Assembly: GCA_047495785.1 (NCBI GenBank) | Contig: JBLDXI010000019.1 | Location: forward strand, 1,302,001 to 1,366,000 | DNA length: 64,000 bases | Direction of reading: 5' to 3' | Source of the DNA: Lepidodermella squamata | Taxonomy: Eukaryota > Animalia > Gastrotricha | Shown here: in pieces, positions 50,201 through 64,000 of the stretch | How positions within the stretch are numbered: position 1 is the first letter of the stretch | Layout: each line of letters begins with the position of its first letter | Position numbers and translations under genes: made by a program | The notes under the pieces: model-generated | Told to the model about the DNA's origin: nothing | Seen by the model: the letters and a program-made list of their open reading frames with translations, nothing else | Databases searched by the model: none

Positions 50201-53170
50201 GCGGTGAGCAATTGTTGACGAGGCTGCAAAGAAATTGAAGAAACTTAACATCTTGCTCATAAAAAAAATTCAGTTTTTGAATTATTTTTCCATTTCAGAA
50301 TGTACGAAATCGTCAAAACTTTTCGGTCCGCCCGTACGAAAATCATCATTAAAATTTGATCAAAAATTTTCAAGGCGTTTTTAATTACCTCAACATTAGC
50401 GGGATGAGCGGCGCGAAACATGTCGTTGAACGCAGAAGCGAGCCGACGAGCCGCGGTGAGCAAATTGCCCCGCGTATCACCGTTGCCGTTGTTGCCATCT
50501 TCAACAGAGTCATTCGAGAATAGCAGCAGGCCGCGAACATCGTCGCACAAAGGCGGCATCTCGCGCGAAATAGCACTGACCGCCTGCGCGACATTAACGC
50601 AGTGATGCTCATCGGGCGCCTGGCCATCACTGGCAGCCGTAAACGTCGTCGTCATTATCGATGCCGTGGCCGCGCTCATCTCCGACAGCCGGCCTGAAAC
50701 GTTCTGGCGGTGGACTGAAATGATGGCCTGGCGGCGCGCGTAGTCAGCCTGTATGAAACAATAGAAAAGGACAACATTAATCTCAATTCATCAGGAACCA
50801 TCAAACACGCATTGAAAATGGTTAATTATTACAAAATTAATTCCAAGCAGATTTATTTCAATAAGGCAATAAACAGTTGTAGCACTTGAAATGAAATAAT
50901 GAGCGCAATTTTAAGCCGAATGAAAATAACTGAATTTTGAAGCGGGTTGTGTCATCTTATTTTCGAGTTCACTTAGACGAATAGCCCTAAACAGATAAAC
51001 CAGCCCCTCAACGTATCAATAATTTGCCACGCTAATTAAATTAAGGAGGAACGTACCGCGTCAGTAGCCGGCGGATGAGGACGGATGTTTTCGGCGTCGA
51101 CCAGGAAGCGCTGAGCATCGTCCATGATCGAAATGCCGTTGTTGAAAGTTGTAGCTAGGGCTTGATGAGCAGGCGAGCTCGGTGTAGGCTGTGGCGGTTC
51201 GATATCAACTGAGGCGGGCGTGTTCGGGACAGCCGATTGATCACCAGCCTGGGCTCCGTCAGTCGTATCAGTTGTTGCCGGTTGACCTTCAGTGGCCGGG
51301 GATGGCTTCAATCGCCGCAAGGTAGCCGCTAATTCTTTCGGCGTTAGAATAGTCGCACGATGCGGTTGGATCGTATCAACCCTCGGGGCGTGGGGTTCGC
51401 GGCTCAAAGTCGACGTCGGCGAATATTCAACACCTTGCTTCTTCTTCGAGATGATCTCAGCGTAGCCAGCAAGCAGCCGAGCGATTTGTTCACCTTCTTG
51501 CGTTTGAACCGAATAAGGCCGACCGTATTCGCCAAAGTCGAGAGTGAAGTAGTTGGTGCGAACTTCCCATTGCTTGATCTTGGTTAGCGGCCATTCTTGA
51601 AGAACTTCGCGATTCGAAGGCTTGATACGAACAACAGCGTCGCGGGTAATACCGAGCAAAATAGGCTGAAGCTTTCGCTTTTCTTCGTTCTTTTCCTGAA
51701 CACAAGAGAAAGAACGAAAATTAATGATTGAAAGTGGTCATAAAAATTGGGCTTATAAATCCCGAGCGGCCACGTGGCGACGGCGTGGTCGCAAAAAATC
51801 ACGCTAATTGTGTTGCTAAAAATAAAAATCGCGTGCAATAAGGTTATGTTGGCAATAAAAACTGATGCACGCAAAAAATAGCCTCAGCAGACCGCCCAAG
51901 AAAAAAAGGACGGAATACAAATGATTTATCAGCCTAGACATTTAAGGTCGCCCGAAAATGAGCGAGGGAATATACAATTCAAGCCAATATTTCACGTAAT
52001 AGTTTCTGATTTAACAGACAGCAGGATATCTCCCGAGTTTTCTATTAAAACGACGCGATTTTTTTCGTGATTTTCCTTCTCAACATCAGTATTAATTCCC
52101 ATTGCGATAATCATTAATTCGTATTCGCTTCGTGTAAAATTGATATGTGATGTGAAACAAACCCTGGCCAGAAATATAGCGATGCCATAGGTGCGTAACT
52201 GACGGCATGTTTGGACGTATTTGAGGCGCGCGTCCACTTGAACGATCTCGCCCAGCTCTTTGTATCGTTCGTAAATCTCACGTTCCAGACCCTTGCCTCT
52301 GAACTCCTTCGGCAAATACTCGTCCCAGTTCACTTGCTCGAGCACGTCGCCTTTGACGTCAAAGCCGCGATCAATGTAAAGCTGAAGACCGGCTAGCATC
52401 GTCGCCTCCTTTTGCGTAACAGGGTAGCGACCGCTTGTAATGCCATCGACGCATTGCGCGTATAGCAAAGTCAACTGAACAGGGTCGCGTGTATCAACAT
52501 TTCTGTCTGATAAGAAAAATTTTCGCCGCAAGACAAGTGGCTGTAAGTCCAAGTCTTTGTAAAGCCCTTGTTCGCGCAGCGTTTGAGCATGATTCAGCCA
52601 ACAAATCGTGTCATCAGTTTTCAATTTATTCCGCAGCTTCTCCATTTTCGAATCTTTCGATAAAGTTGCGGTAGACCCGGCGGCGGAGTCAGGCCTGTCA
52701 TAGCTAGACATTCCACCGCGTGACATGGTGCCAGTTTTCATGAGAGTACCGGTCTTATCCTCGTAGCTCGGCGAATCGCGAACTAGCGAGTATTCCTCAA
52801 AATTAACAATGCCCATTTTTGAGCAAATTTCCAGCATCAACTCGCCGACAGTTTTGCTCTCGTCGAGTTCCATTTTCTTCCTAGTTCCATCGAGAGTTTT
52901 GATCGAGATCACAAGAAATTTCTTCTTATAAATTAAGGTAGTGTCCTGGCCGATCATTTGATAATAGCCGACCGTCCTCGAAGGCTCGAGCCATAAACCT
53001 TTCGAGGGATCGGATTTGTCCGGTAGAAATAAGCCGTATTTCCTGGCGTCATTTTCGGGAATATTTTCACTCGCGATGGCGCAAATATCTCGAACAAGGT
53101 CTGTGTCTTTGATGTTAAATGTTTTCTGAAGACGATGGTCTTCGTAATTGACGTTGAGGCGAAATAACAT
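44278..53170 (-). CDS. TLN: Talin-family protein with rearranged rod, 9 exons, ~2130 aa
   Basis: Exons 53170-52163, 51695-51057, 50748-50389, 50223-50119, 50060-49893, 49833-46660, 46198-45848, 45791-45399, 44472-44278, all phase 0; FERM head (LRRKFFLSDRNVDTRDPVQL), I/LWEQ region (QWSQGLISAA), dimerisation helix (RKQRELEEARRKL). Confidence 0.95.
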
Positions 53171-56100
53171 GATTAAAACATTAAAATTCTTCCATATAAA
53201 TACACTAGAAAGAACAAATAGGGAATATATTTCAAATCACTGGGTGCAGGCAAGTGGCGAGCAGCGGCGCAAAAATAATATGCACTTTTAGCCTCACACT
53301 TTTTATACACAATAATCGTAAAATGTGCTTCCGCTTGTGGTCATTATAAAACGATAGAAAAATAGCGGGTCCCCTTTTTCTTTTCCGGGGGTGCTGATAT
53401 CTAGAAAGAAATGATTTGCAAACACATAGTATAGATTAGACGTATACAGCATAATCAGCAAAAAGATATTATCTCGCTTTGGCGCCGGCGTGTAGGCTAC
53501 GATAGCTTGAGCGCGTTGTAGATCGTAGCCAGATAGTTTGAGCATGACGCGTATAATGAAAAAGCGAGGAAAAAACTCTGGTGAGTATTCCCCAAACGTA
53601 AAAAAGTATTAGCGTAATAGAAATAACAATTACACAGAAGAAGTAGTAATCCGTGCCCATAAAACCGACGCAAAATAATAAACATTTAAGGTAATATAAC
53701 TGCCGCGAGGAAAACATGACTCCTGGCTTACTGAGGAAAATAGCGACCGAAAACAAAGTAGTTGAATGCACCTAAATGTTTAGCGAATCAATCACACAAA
53801 CAGCTCGAATATTGGTAAATCTAAGGTTCATGAAAGCGATGTAGCGCGGCGGGGAGTAAAAGGAAAGATAGCAGAAGTGAACGCCCAGGTAAAAATGTAA
53901 ACAATTCCCATCATAAAACGGCGGTAATAAGACAGAACAGCCGGCATTTGGTCAAGCGCTGTGTGGCTGCCGAGTCGCTGTGATATAAACAAACAAATAC
54001 AGGAGTCATCACGACAGGGTCCAGAACAGCACCCACCAGGGATACAGCACGGCCGCGCGCGCACACGAAAGGTGAGGGTAAACACCAAACGCGCGTATAG
54101 GGTGAGGCACCGTATGTAACACGGTGTTGTTGCCGCCCCGGAGAAGCCAACTCGGACACGTAACCGCGATAGCAAGGCGCATACTTGTACGCAGTATAAT
54201 GCCGTTCTACTAACGGTAAAATAGGTTTTAAGAGGGGTGTGCGTGTGTATGGAACGAGCGGCATATTAATAATCGTCAGAGGCCCGATTCCTATTATTAT
54301 TTGCCTCCGATTACGGTTTCAAACGTAAACGGTCGAGAGGGGTGGGCTGCGATCAACACATGCAAACAAAAGCATACCATACCAACCACCATCAATGGAG
54401 AATCATAAAAACCGCATAAATGCAACTATAATACAAACATTGTAAGGCCATAAAGCAACAAGCGGCGAGCAAAGAACAAAGCGCAAAGTTATGCGTGGGG
54501 TAATATTAATATTATCAGCGTTATTGCCGTAATGCAATGAATTCGCTTGTCGGAACTTTGGCAATTAGGTACAGCAAGGTTTAAATGAGAACGGTGCCTG
54601 CAATAACCGGAGTAGAGGCGCCCTGCTCGCTTACAAGGTATCACGTATTTATAAGTCAAAAACAATAATCATAACGATTTGCAGGCCGATCAGAAGAAGA
54701 GCAAAGTGAAAACAACGACTGAGCATAGATAACTGACTCGGTAATAATAATCAACCCAAAAACAGTCGTCCGCATGTTTCCGGTATTAGCAATTACAAGC
54801 AGCATGGCATTAGAATCGATTTTAGAATAGGTCCACCGACTTCCGGAAAACAATTATTATTTAGAGAGGAATACAAATATAAACAAATTTACTTAGCTGA
54901 ATTTCTTCTACATATTACCAGATACGAATGTGAGAGATACGATGAGCTCGAACACGCGCCAATCATCACTTGTGCGCGTGGCCAGAGCTATAAAATTATA
55001 CTGCGAGAAAGTTTACCATAAACAACGGTTATCGCAAACATAATTTTCTTCTTAACATTCCCCCTGGGCATAGGATGACGCCACATACCGCTGCTAGCAA
55101 TAACTATGTAAGGAGACAAGCGACTGAGTTAATGCTGCTTAAAAACACACCATGAATATGATACAGTGTGGAGAGGACTTCATAACAACAAGGGCACATA
55201 AAAAATCACAAGATGCAAGAATTCGAAATAATTTATGCACGGCGAAAAAAGAGTAATGGGAATAAAATCAATGCATAATACATCAACTTTTAATGACAGC
55301 CGAGTATTCCGCGGTTGATTTATCAACAAATCCTTCTGCTCATTCCAACATAACAAGCGATGCTAGACATATGCCAAAGTTATTTACAGCATTAAACATC
55401 CAGTGCGACATGTGACATGTCAGCAAAAAACTTCTGTATTAAACACGATTAATCATTCTCTTTTATACGAAATTAGAACTATAACGAAATTATTGAAACA
55501 TAAAAAGGAATGTTGACATTTTAAATTGAACTTAAATTTGGCTTTCGTCCGCTTATCTAAACCCTAATCACCTAACTAGGTATATCCTATAGCCCACCAC
55601 AATGCTGCCAACGTTTCTTTGGCCTCTTGCATAATGGGCCGCGGCCTCTAAGTCTTAGCTCCGTGATAAACCATCATCTTTTGACTTCCTGAAAAAAATG
55701 GTGACAGCGATTACTCGAGGAAAGGTGACCTCCTGGAAGTTCATTCCGAAAAATGCACATGGAAATGAAGCGAATAAAACACAACATTCATAATCCCTAA
55801 TGATTCAAAGTCCGCTTTCCAACTTTCTGTTATGGATAAATTTACAGTGCTCTTCACTGGAATGTGGATAAATAGACGCGGAATGAGTCTTAAATACGGG
55901 TTGACGATGTGACTTTCCACCTTGCGCCAGGGGGTGTTTTCATCCCTTGACACTCGGTTGTGGGCTACGCTGCGGAAATATCTGGTCCGATCTATGGTCT
56001 ATGGCACATTATTAGAGCGTATCGGTTATGCTAATCACTAATAACGTACGTTGGACGAGTCAACGGAGACTTACAAATTTCAAACAAGCAAACATTGTAT

Positions 56101-57080
56101 CGTATAGCATATAACGCTTTCTTATTTCTTATTTTCATTCTCAGACTAAAGCTTTGCTGCCACATAAATAGCAAATCGCAAATCGAAAATGTGGACTGGC
56201 TATACTTATTTATATAATGCGAATAGCTAAACAGCTCAACCTGAACATACTGCAAGCGATCGAATATATTTCAAATCTCCAAATCTTGGTCATTCAAATG
56301 GCGCCAGGACGCACAATTGGCAAAAGATGCATCGAATTGCGCAGGAAAAATGTTCGCTTCACAAAAATTCCTTCCAGGAGGCGTCAGAGGCCAGAATAAA
56401 CCTGAATCGTACCCCAACAACAACGAAATCGATCATGCCAAAATAGTGTCTCCTTTTTGCGTTAGACGCTCTTGTGCGGGCTAAAACCTAAAACGACAAG
56501 ATGGTCACAGTTGGCATAACCGCAGTCAGCAGAAATGCTTGCTTTACTTTGCTATTTACTTGAGCGTTTTCAAAACCAGCTAATTCGCAGTTTAAACGCA
56601 GGGGCGCATATCGATCGAGTCACATTCACATATCGTTTACACGTTACAAACGGCAGTGAGTGGGTAGGTTGTGTGGTTGTGGATGTGGGTTGTGGAAGAT
56701 GGAAGATGGAAGTCGATAACAGGAAAGCCGAGATTTGTTCGTCGAGATTTGGGATTTTGAATTTCGCCAAAACCCAAAGTCAAGGACGTTTAAACAATTT
56801 TCTGAAAAACAGTCATAAATTGAATTTTAATTATATTTTCAATTTACGATGTGTTTAATTGCCATGGAAACTCATATAACGCGGAACTTTTGAAATTGAC
56901 GGGCTCCACGTCACGCGGTGTCACTGCCACGCTATTTTGCCAGCATTTGCCTGCGTGTTTGTTACCGCATAGTACCCTTTATATAGCTTTCCTTAACGCC
57001 AGCATGATGTCAACCTTCAAATTTACTGGTACTGAATTCTATTTGAACGTACAAACTTTCGATCTCCAATCCAAAAAAGC

Positions 57081-57824
57081 ATGGGTCTCTGGATTAGCCG
57101 CGCTCTTAGTGCATTTTCCGAACTGGTCAACGGCAATGAAACGATGAGAGTTTTGATGCTCGGTCTCGACAATGCTGGTAAGCATTATTTCTATCTGCTA
57201 AATCTATTATGAAATGATTGTTTCTAGGGAAAACCACTGTGCTCTATAAAGTAAAACTTAACGAAGCTGTATGCACAATTCCCACTATCGGCTTCAATGT
57301 TGAAACTGTGTCGCCAGTCAAGGGACTAACTTTCACTGGTAAGCATCTGATTTCTTTTAATGTAGGATGAATTGCTCATTCCATGGAAATTTTTTAAACA
57401 GTTTGGGACGTTGGAGGTCAGAAAACTATTCGCAAATTGTGGCACCACTATTACAATGGCTCCAAGGGATTGATATATGTTGTCGATAGCCTTGATGCGG
57501 AACGAATGGCCGAGTCTAAAGAGGAGTTATTTGACATACTCAACGCCGACGAAATGCGAAATGTTCCCGTCGTTGTATTCGCAAATAAGCAGGATTTACC
57601 AAGTTTGTGCTGCGACACAGTTTCGAAAATACTCTAATTTTATGTTTCATTGTGTAGATTCGTTAAATCCCGCACAAGTAGCAGAGAAAATCGGTCTGAC
57701 TTCTCTGCGCGATCACCCCTGGACTATTCAAGGAACATGCGCAACTAATGGTGATGGGCTGTTCGAAGGCTTTCATCAGCTTGTGGATATGATTAAAAAA
57801 CAAAAGCGTGAAGGTCGCCTATAA
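57081..57824 (+). CDS. ADP-ribosylation factor family GTPase, 4 exons
   Basis: MG myristoylation start, [31 protein letters not shown]. Confidence 0.93.
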
Positions 57825-58578
57825 ATGCAATGCTATGATTACGTTTTGGTCCATATACACGACCTGACGTTTGTCACGTATATCTAAATATATATTCGTC
57901 ATACTGATTTTTCAAAAATAAAGTAACGCATTTTCTTTGAATCATCTTTCATTCGGAATGAAGAAGATATCATAAACTGATGTGACTTGAAGCAATCGGG
58001 TCACTTTGACTTTGACTGGCAGCATGTTTGACATTTACTGATCGAAGAAATGCACTTGCGCATGATCACCTGGAACGTTACTGAGTGTGACCACGACTAT
58101 CAAATCAAATTTATACTGTTGAGGAATATTAGTAACAATATCTTGATTGCAAAAGTAGGATTATTAGAATTTAGAAACTTCCAATAAAATTCTATCGTCG
58201 GCATAGCTTGATTTATTTTTGGAAAACACAAGAGCGAAACCTCAAATATTTAGAGGAAGCAGCGGTCATTTTAAAGATGACGATTCAAAAATATGTTAAC
58301 ACCAATTAATTAATTTACTCGAAAAAACGGGAAAAGAAGCAACCGGAAGGAATATTGACAATCGCACAATTAGAAGGCACCTTTTTGAGGCAATACATCT
58401 TTTTAACTTGGCTGACCTGGAAACACAATAACGGAAAAATATCTGACTTCGCTTAAGAGCAGGGTACATATTTCGGCTTTCATAGCACAACAAAATCAGA
58501 TGCTTGATTTCGAAACAGATCATATTTCTTCACACATAATGTTTACACAGAAAGTTTTCATAAGTTTGCTTCATAAGC

Positions 58579-61500
58579 TCATTCGATTTCTACCAACAGA
58601 TCGTCGCCGGCAATTTTCTGACCACTTGAGACAGCGACGTTTTTAATCTTGCCGTCGATGGGGCTAGAAACCACCATTTCCATTTTCATGGCAGAAATAA
58701 CGGCAATAGCTTGACCTTTCTTAACCTGATCGCCAACTTTGACCTGAAGATACAACATGTCCAGTTAACTGACCAGAAATATGTTATGAGAAAAAGCTAA
58801 ATTACCTTAACAGCCAAGACGTTGCCAGGCATGGGAGAGCCAACGCTGCCGGGATGTCCTTTGGTCGCTTTTGGATGAATTTTCACATCTCCGGTAACAG
58901 CCTTGTCCTTCATTAAGATTGAACGCAGCTGCCCGTTGAGCTCAAAGAAAACTTCTCGCTCGCCAGTGCGTTTGTCAAGCTCAGAAATAGCGAGTGGCTT
59001 GATGTACAAGGTCTTGCCCTTTTCGATATCAACTAACAAATCTTCGGCAATTTTCGGGCCAACAAAGAATACACGGGTGTCCAAGCAATCAACCGGGCCA
59101 TATTTATTGCGGAAAGCGAGGAATTCCTCCGTTTCCTTCGGGTATAGCGCAGCGCTAATCACATCGACAGGACGGACGTGGCCATACTTCTCGACGAGAT
59201 TATCCTTTAGTTTATCAAAATCGATTGGTTTCAGGGATTTGAATGCATCAGCGTCGTCATATTTCGGCTTGCCACGTAGAATCTTAGTACGCAGCGGTTC
59301 GGGATATCCGAATGGTGGGGGGCCGATCAGACCTTGCATGAATTCAACCACGCTAGACGGGAAGTTAAGCTCATCGGCACGAGCCATGACGTCAGCTGCA
59401 GACAATTTGTTTTGAACCATGAATTGAGCCATATCACCGACAATTTTCGAGGACGGTGTGACCTTGATCAGATCTCCAAGGAGCTGGTTAGCGTCAATAT
59501 ATTTTTGTTTGACTTCTTCGAAACGATCACCGAGGCCCAGTGAGAAAGCCTGGAAGTGAAGGTTGGTATATTGACCACCGGGGATTTCGTTCAAATAGAC
59601 GTCAGCATTGCCGGTCTTCATCGTGACAGTGCACTCGAATGGAGCATAAAGCTGACGGGTGTTTTCCCAGTACGCGGAATAGCTGATGACCTTATTCAAG
59701 TCCAGTTTCGTGTCCAGAGGGGTGTTTTTCATGGCAGCAACCACGGCGCCCATGCTCGGTTGAGAAGTCATACCAGACATGCTGTCAACTGCAACATCGA
59801 CGACATCAGCGCCAGCCTCGGCAGCGGCAAGTATGGTAGCGACTCCAGCACCGGCAGTGTCATGAGTATGCCTAAACAAAGTGTCACGCGATACTTAACA
59901 TTAGGTAATAATTAGAAAGCTTACAAATGAAGGGGCATATCAGGGAAGCGATTGCGAAGCTGAGTGAACAGAATTTTCGCAGCTGCTGGCTTGAGCAGGC
60001 CAGCCATATCCTTAACAGCCAGAATGTGGGTGCCAGCTTTCACCAACTCATCGGCGACTTTCATGTAATAATCCAATGTGTATTTGGTGCGGGTTGGATC
60101 AGCAACATCGCCCGAGTAGCAGATAGCTGCCTCAACGACTCCGCCAGCCTGACCAACAGCCTCAATACCAGTGAGAATCGATGGGATATAGTTCATCGAA
60201 TCGAAAATGCGGAAAATGTCCATGCCAGACTTGACTGATTGCTCGCAAAACTTGGTGACAACGTTCAGCGGGTAGTTGGTATAACCGACGGCGTTGGCAC
60301 CTCGAAGAAGCATTTGAAATGGAACGTTGGGGACTTGTTCACGAAGCTTTTCAAGCCTAAAATAAATCGTTTGGGATTTGAGCAAGAAATTCGAAATGTA
60401 TGGACTTCTCACCTTTCCCACGGGCATTCATGCAGGAATCGCAGCGCAACGTCAAAAGTAGCACCGCCCCAGCATTCAAGAGACAACAAGTCGTTGAAGT
60501 TATGAGCGACGAATGGCGCAACATTCAATAAATCATGGGTGCGAACGCGAGTTGCAAGCAAGCTCTGAAAAATAATTGTATCAGCTAAATTGGGCTTGAG
60601 AATCTGAAGTTTACCTGGTGAGCATCACGCATTGTTGTGTCGGTGATGAGAAGACCGCGGTTTTTACGAATGGCCTTCGCAAATTCAGCAGGTCCACGTT
60701 CTAAAATCAGCCAAATGTGGTAAATCCTGTGGTAAATTAAGATTAATCTCTCAAACCTTTCAGGATCTTTCGCCAGCCCGAAGGAACGATAGCATTCGGT
60801 TCGTGTTTCGGAGCTTCAATTTTGATGTTGGCGGGTTTCAGCGGAGTGGCAAGAGGCGTTTGCGGTCCGTTGACCATGACTTCGGCCAAGTAGTTCAGAA
60901 GCTTCTGGGCACGATTCTGGCTCGCTTCGAAAACGAAAAGCTGAGGATTCTCGTCGATAAAGTAAGTGTCGACACTATCTTTGCGGAATTTTTCATTTCG
61001 GAACACGTTCAATAAGAACGGGATGTTGGTTTTGACGCCTCGAATACGAAATTCCCGAAGGGCTCGAACCATCTTAGCACAGGCACCTTCGAAAGTCTTC
61101 TCTCGCGCAATGATTTTGCACAGCAAGGAGTCATAAAAAGGCGAAATCACAGCTCCGGCAAAGGCAGAAGCACCTAAAGTTACAGAATTATAGATCGAAA
61201 AAAGCTACGAGCAGGGAGAAACTTACTGTCAATACGGATGCCCATGCCCTCACCGCTTCGGAATACTTCAATTCTTCCAGAATCGGGTTGGAAACCCCTC
61301 GCAGGATCTTCAGTGGTCATTCGGCACTACAAGATGCGTTTAACGTAAAAATATTTCCACGGTTTCATGGCTTACTTGAATGGCGAAACCGGTTGTCTTG
61401 ATGTTGTCTTGCACCAAACCCAAATCGCGCAACGACTGACCCTCGGCAACACGGATTTGAGATTGAACAAGGTCAACACTGAAGAATAGGCGTAATTGAA

Positions 61501-62603
61501 AAAAAATGACAATTTATAGAAAATTACCCTGTAACCTCCTCAGTACAAGTGTGCTCAACCTGCAAGCGCGCGTTCACTTCGATAAAGTAATGATTTCCTT
61601 CTTGATCAAGGAGGAACTCGCAAGTTCCAGCATTTTCATAGCCGACATGACGGGCCAGCTTGACCGCATCAGCAGTCAACCGATCACGAATCTTCGAGTC
61701 CAAGCGCGGGGCTGGAGCGATTTCGACAACTTTCTGGTGACGCCGCTGAACCGAGCAGTCACGTTCGTACAAGTGAACAACATCGCCAGTACGATCACCG
61801 AGAAGTTGAACTTCAATGTGGCGCGGGCGTTCGACGAATTTCTCGACAAACATTGCACCATTTCCGAAAGCAGCCTTCGCCTCGGAAGTAGCTCGGTTGA
61901 AGTTTTCTTCCAACTCATCCATTTTACGAACAACACGCATGCCTCGACCACCGCCTCCATAAGCTGCCTTGAGGATGATCGGAAACTTGTGTTTATCAAC
62001 AAAGGCCTTGACTTCATCGACAGTGGTGACGGGGGTGGCAGTTCCAGGAACGCACAAAACTCCAGCTTCAATCGCGGATTTCCTAGCCTCGATCTTATCA
62101 CCCATACGGTGCAAAACAAGAGGAGGCGGTCCGATGAAAATAATTCCGGCTTGATTGCACGCTTTGGCAAATGCAGCCTGTTCAGACAAGAAGCCATAAC
62201 CCGGATGAATAGCGTCAACATTATTTTCAAGGGCAACACGAATCATTTCAGGGATTGATAAGTAAGCGGCGACTGGGGCCAGGTTTTTGCCGACCAAGTA
62301 AGCTTCATCAGCTTTGAATCGATGCATGTGCTGAATATCTTGCTCACTGTAAACAGCAACAGTTCGGATTCCCATCTCGGTAGCGGCGCGGAAAACTCGA
62401 ATTGCGATTTCGCCGCGATTAGCCACCATGATTTTCTTGATCGGTTTGTAAATCGGCTTGAAGTGTTCATATTCGGCGAGCGGATTCAGCGTAACGCCGC
62501 TGTTGAACGCCGGTGAACGAGAGGCGAATAGGCGCCGAGAAATAGTTGACGCCAACACCGTGTAATCATGGCACAGCGACGCTGGCTTCCTCAAAATTCT
62601 CAT
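58579..62603 (-). CDS. PC: Pyruvate carboxylase, mitochondrial, multi-exon
   Basis: [33 protein letters not shown] and biotin-attachment SAMKME. Confidence 0.98.
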
Positions 62604-63331
62604 TTTGTGTTAGCAATCACTACTCGATCATAACCAACTAAAATATCGAAAGCAGAAAGCAACACAGCTAAAGGGAAAAGTTACTGCTCCTATTTGGCTA
62701 AAGCATAAAAAACACATGGTTCGAAGGTCGTATTTACTTAGGCTGTTAGTTGCTGCATTACGACACGCGATTTTTTCATTGAGGCGCATGTGCAGTTTGA
62801 ACTACAAAAAGCATGCTGCTAGTTTCAATACGTTTGGCCGAAACGCGGGCAAAAAAAACAAGCTGGCCATGCAGGGGTCGGTAAAACACTAAACACGCGC
62901 ATAAAATACCTACGACATATGAAAATAAACCGCAATTGAACCTCAAATAAGTCATGTCGTCGTCATTTTATTCTCGGCATTCTTCCTGAGTGATAGCGAG
63001 GATAATAAATAGTACAATGTTCAATTTCCTTCTAATCAATACTTGTCGCGACTGACAGCCTCTGATTAGACAAATATAATATAGAAAAAACGGCGGTTGT
63101 AAATCATTAATACCACACACTGGAAATTTGGAATCGGCATACATTAAGACGAATAAATGACAAGCAAAATTTATCGACTCTTCACCATCCCTGTTTGACT
63201 ATAACAACCATAAGCAAGACCGCCAAAATCAAATTTTAAAGAGATAAAATGACAAGTAGTTTCTCCGAGATAAATGAGAGCGAAAATAGTAAAACAACAT
63301 TAGCAACGATTGTAGCATTTAGTTCGTTTTT

Positions 63332-63463
63332 TCATATTCCAGGAAGCTTCAGATTGGTTAGCGCTTGTGGTAGTTCAGGTAGCTTGAAGTCGCGAATTTT
63401 CTGGCCAATGTTGAGGTCTTTCACGGCGCCGATGGCTTTCGCAGGTGCAGCGGAGATACCAGC
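63332..63463 (-). CDS. Probable terminal exon of an unidentified gene extending upstream
   Basis: Acceptor tttttag followed by open AGISAAPAKAIGAVKDLNIGQKIRDFKLPELPQALTNLKLPGI*. Confidence 0.5.
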   Translation of the reverse strand, partial: AGISAAPAKAIGAVKDLNIGQKIRDFKLPELPQALTNLKLPGI

Positions 63464-64000
63464 CTAAAAAGTACGTGCAAGGTGATTTTAGTTGTTAAAA
63501 GCAATCGAAGGCATGTTAGTGCAGTGGTTAGCTCTCACTACAAGCAAATTAATTTTTAGATTAAAGGGTTATGATGCCGTAAAATTTGACAACCAGAGAC
63601 ACTAATCCTTTCCATTTATTTTCCTCATCAAAGTCGCAAAAATAAAAAACATTCGTGCGAAAGATGAAAGGAAGCACGCCATATTTTCGTTAAGGGAATT
63701 CGTTATGGATAACAGCCTATGTATATCATTTGTGTACTAACGCATGCCTCAAGTTGCTAAAGCAACGAATGAGCAGTTAACGTGAGATAATGTTGTTTTC
63801 AGCAGCAGCGGCATCAGCAGGTTAACAAACAAAACAAGTTAAAACGGAGCTTTTTCTGCCCTTGCGTTGGGCATTACTCGCGACCACCGTTACGCTATAA
63901 AACCAGTGACTCGAGCGGATCGGCTCAATGAAAGCATTGCAGCTTGTAGAGGGCTCTAAAACGATACATGAGACAGACTCGTACATAAAATTTTGCATCC

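Noticed and set aside
53303-54264. Overlapping minus-strand ORFs upstream of talin
   Set aside because: No recognisable domains; composition fits talin 5' UTR or intron sequence.
58903-62258. Long plus-strand ORFs (e.g. 61506-62258, 58903-59415)
   Set aside because: Antisense shadows of pyruvate carboxylase codon usage.
8118-62603. Metabolic clustering of MPC1, HADH and PC
   Set aside because: Separated by tens of kb of unrelated genes; consistent with chance.

Overview
Gene-dense eukaryotic (animal) genomic DNA with many short (~45-60 nt) GT-AG introns, so the ORF track shows exon fragments. Spliced genes assembled by hand: IFT88, MPC1, CCDC83, an Arkadia/RNF111-like RING E3, NDC80, GDAP2, two tandem HADH paralogues, TIMM13, LRRFIP, MOB4, a DnaJ protein, a talin, an ARF-family GTPase and pyruvate carboxylase, plus partial genes at both edges. 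Mobile DNA: an intact two-gene Mutator-like (MULE/SWIM) transposon with palindrome-built TIRs, a 5'-truncated LINE with an open RT ORF, a decayed LINE, a decayed Tc1/IS630-like element in a GDAP2 intron and three MITEs. Most notable: (1) a ~2130-aa talin with a tandemly duplicated R1-R2-R3 module and no R4-R6 or R9-R12, plus a candidate alternative last exon replacing the dimerisation helix; (2) four copies of a two-pocket H/ACA snoRNA, three in a non-coding host upstream of TIMM13 and one in a MOB4 intron; (3) operon-like tight co-oriented spacing with apparently unpaired splice acceptors, suggesting SL trans-splicing. All family assignments come from recalled motifs, not database searches.
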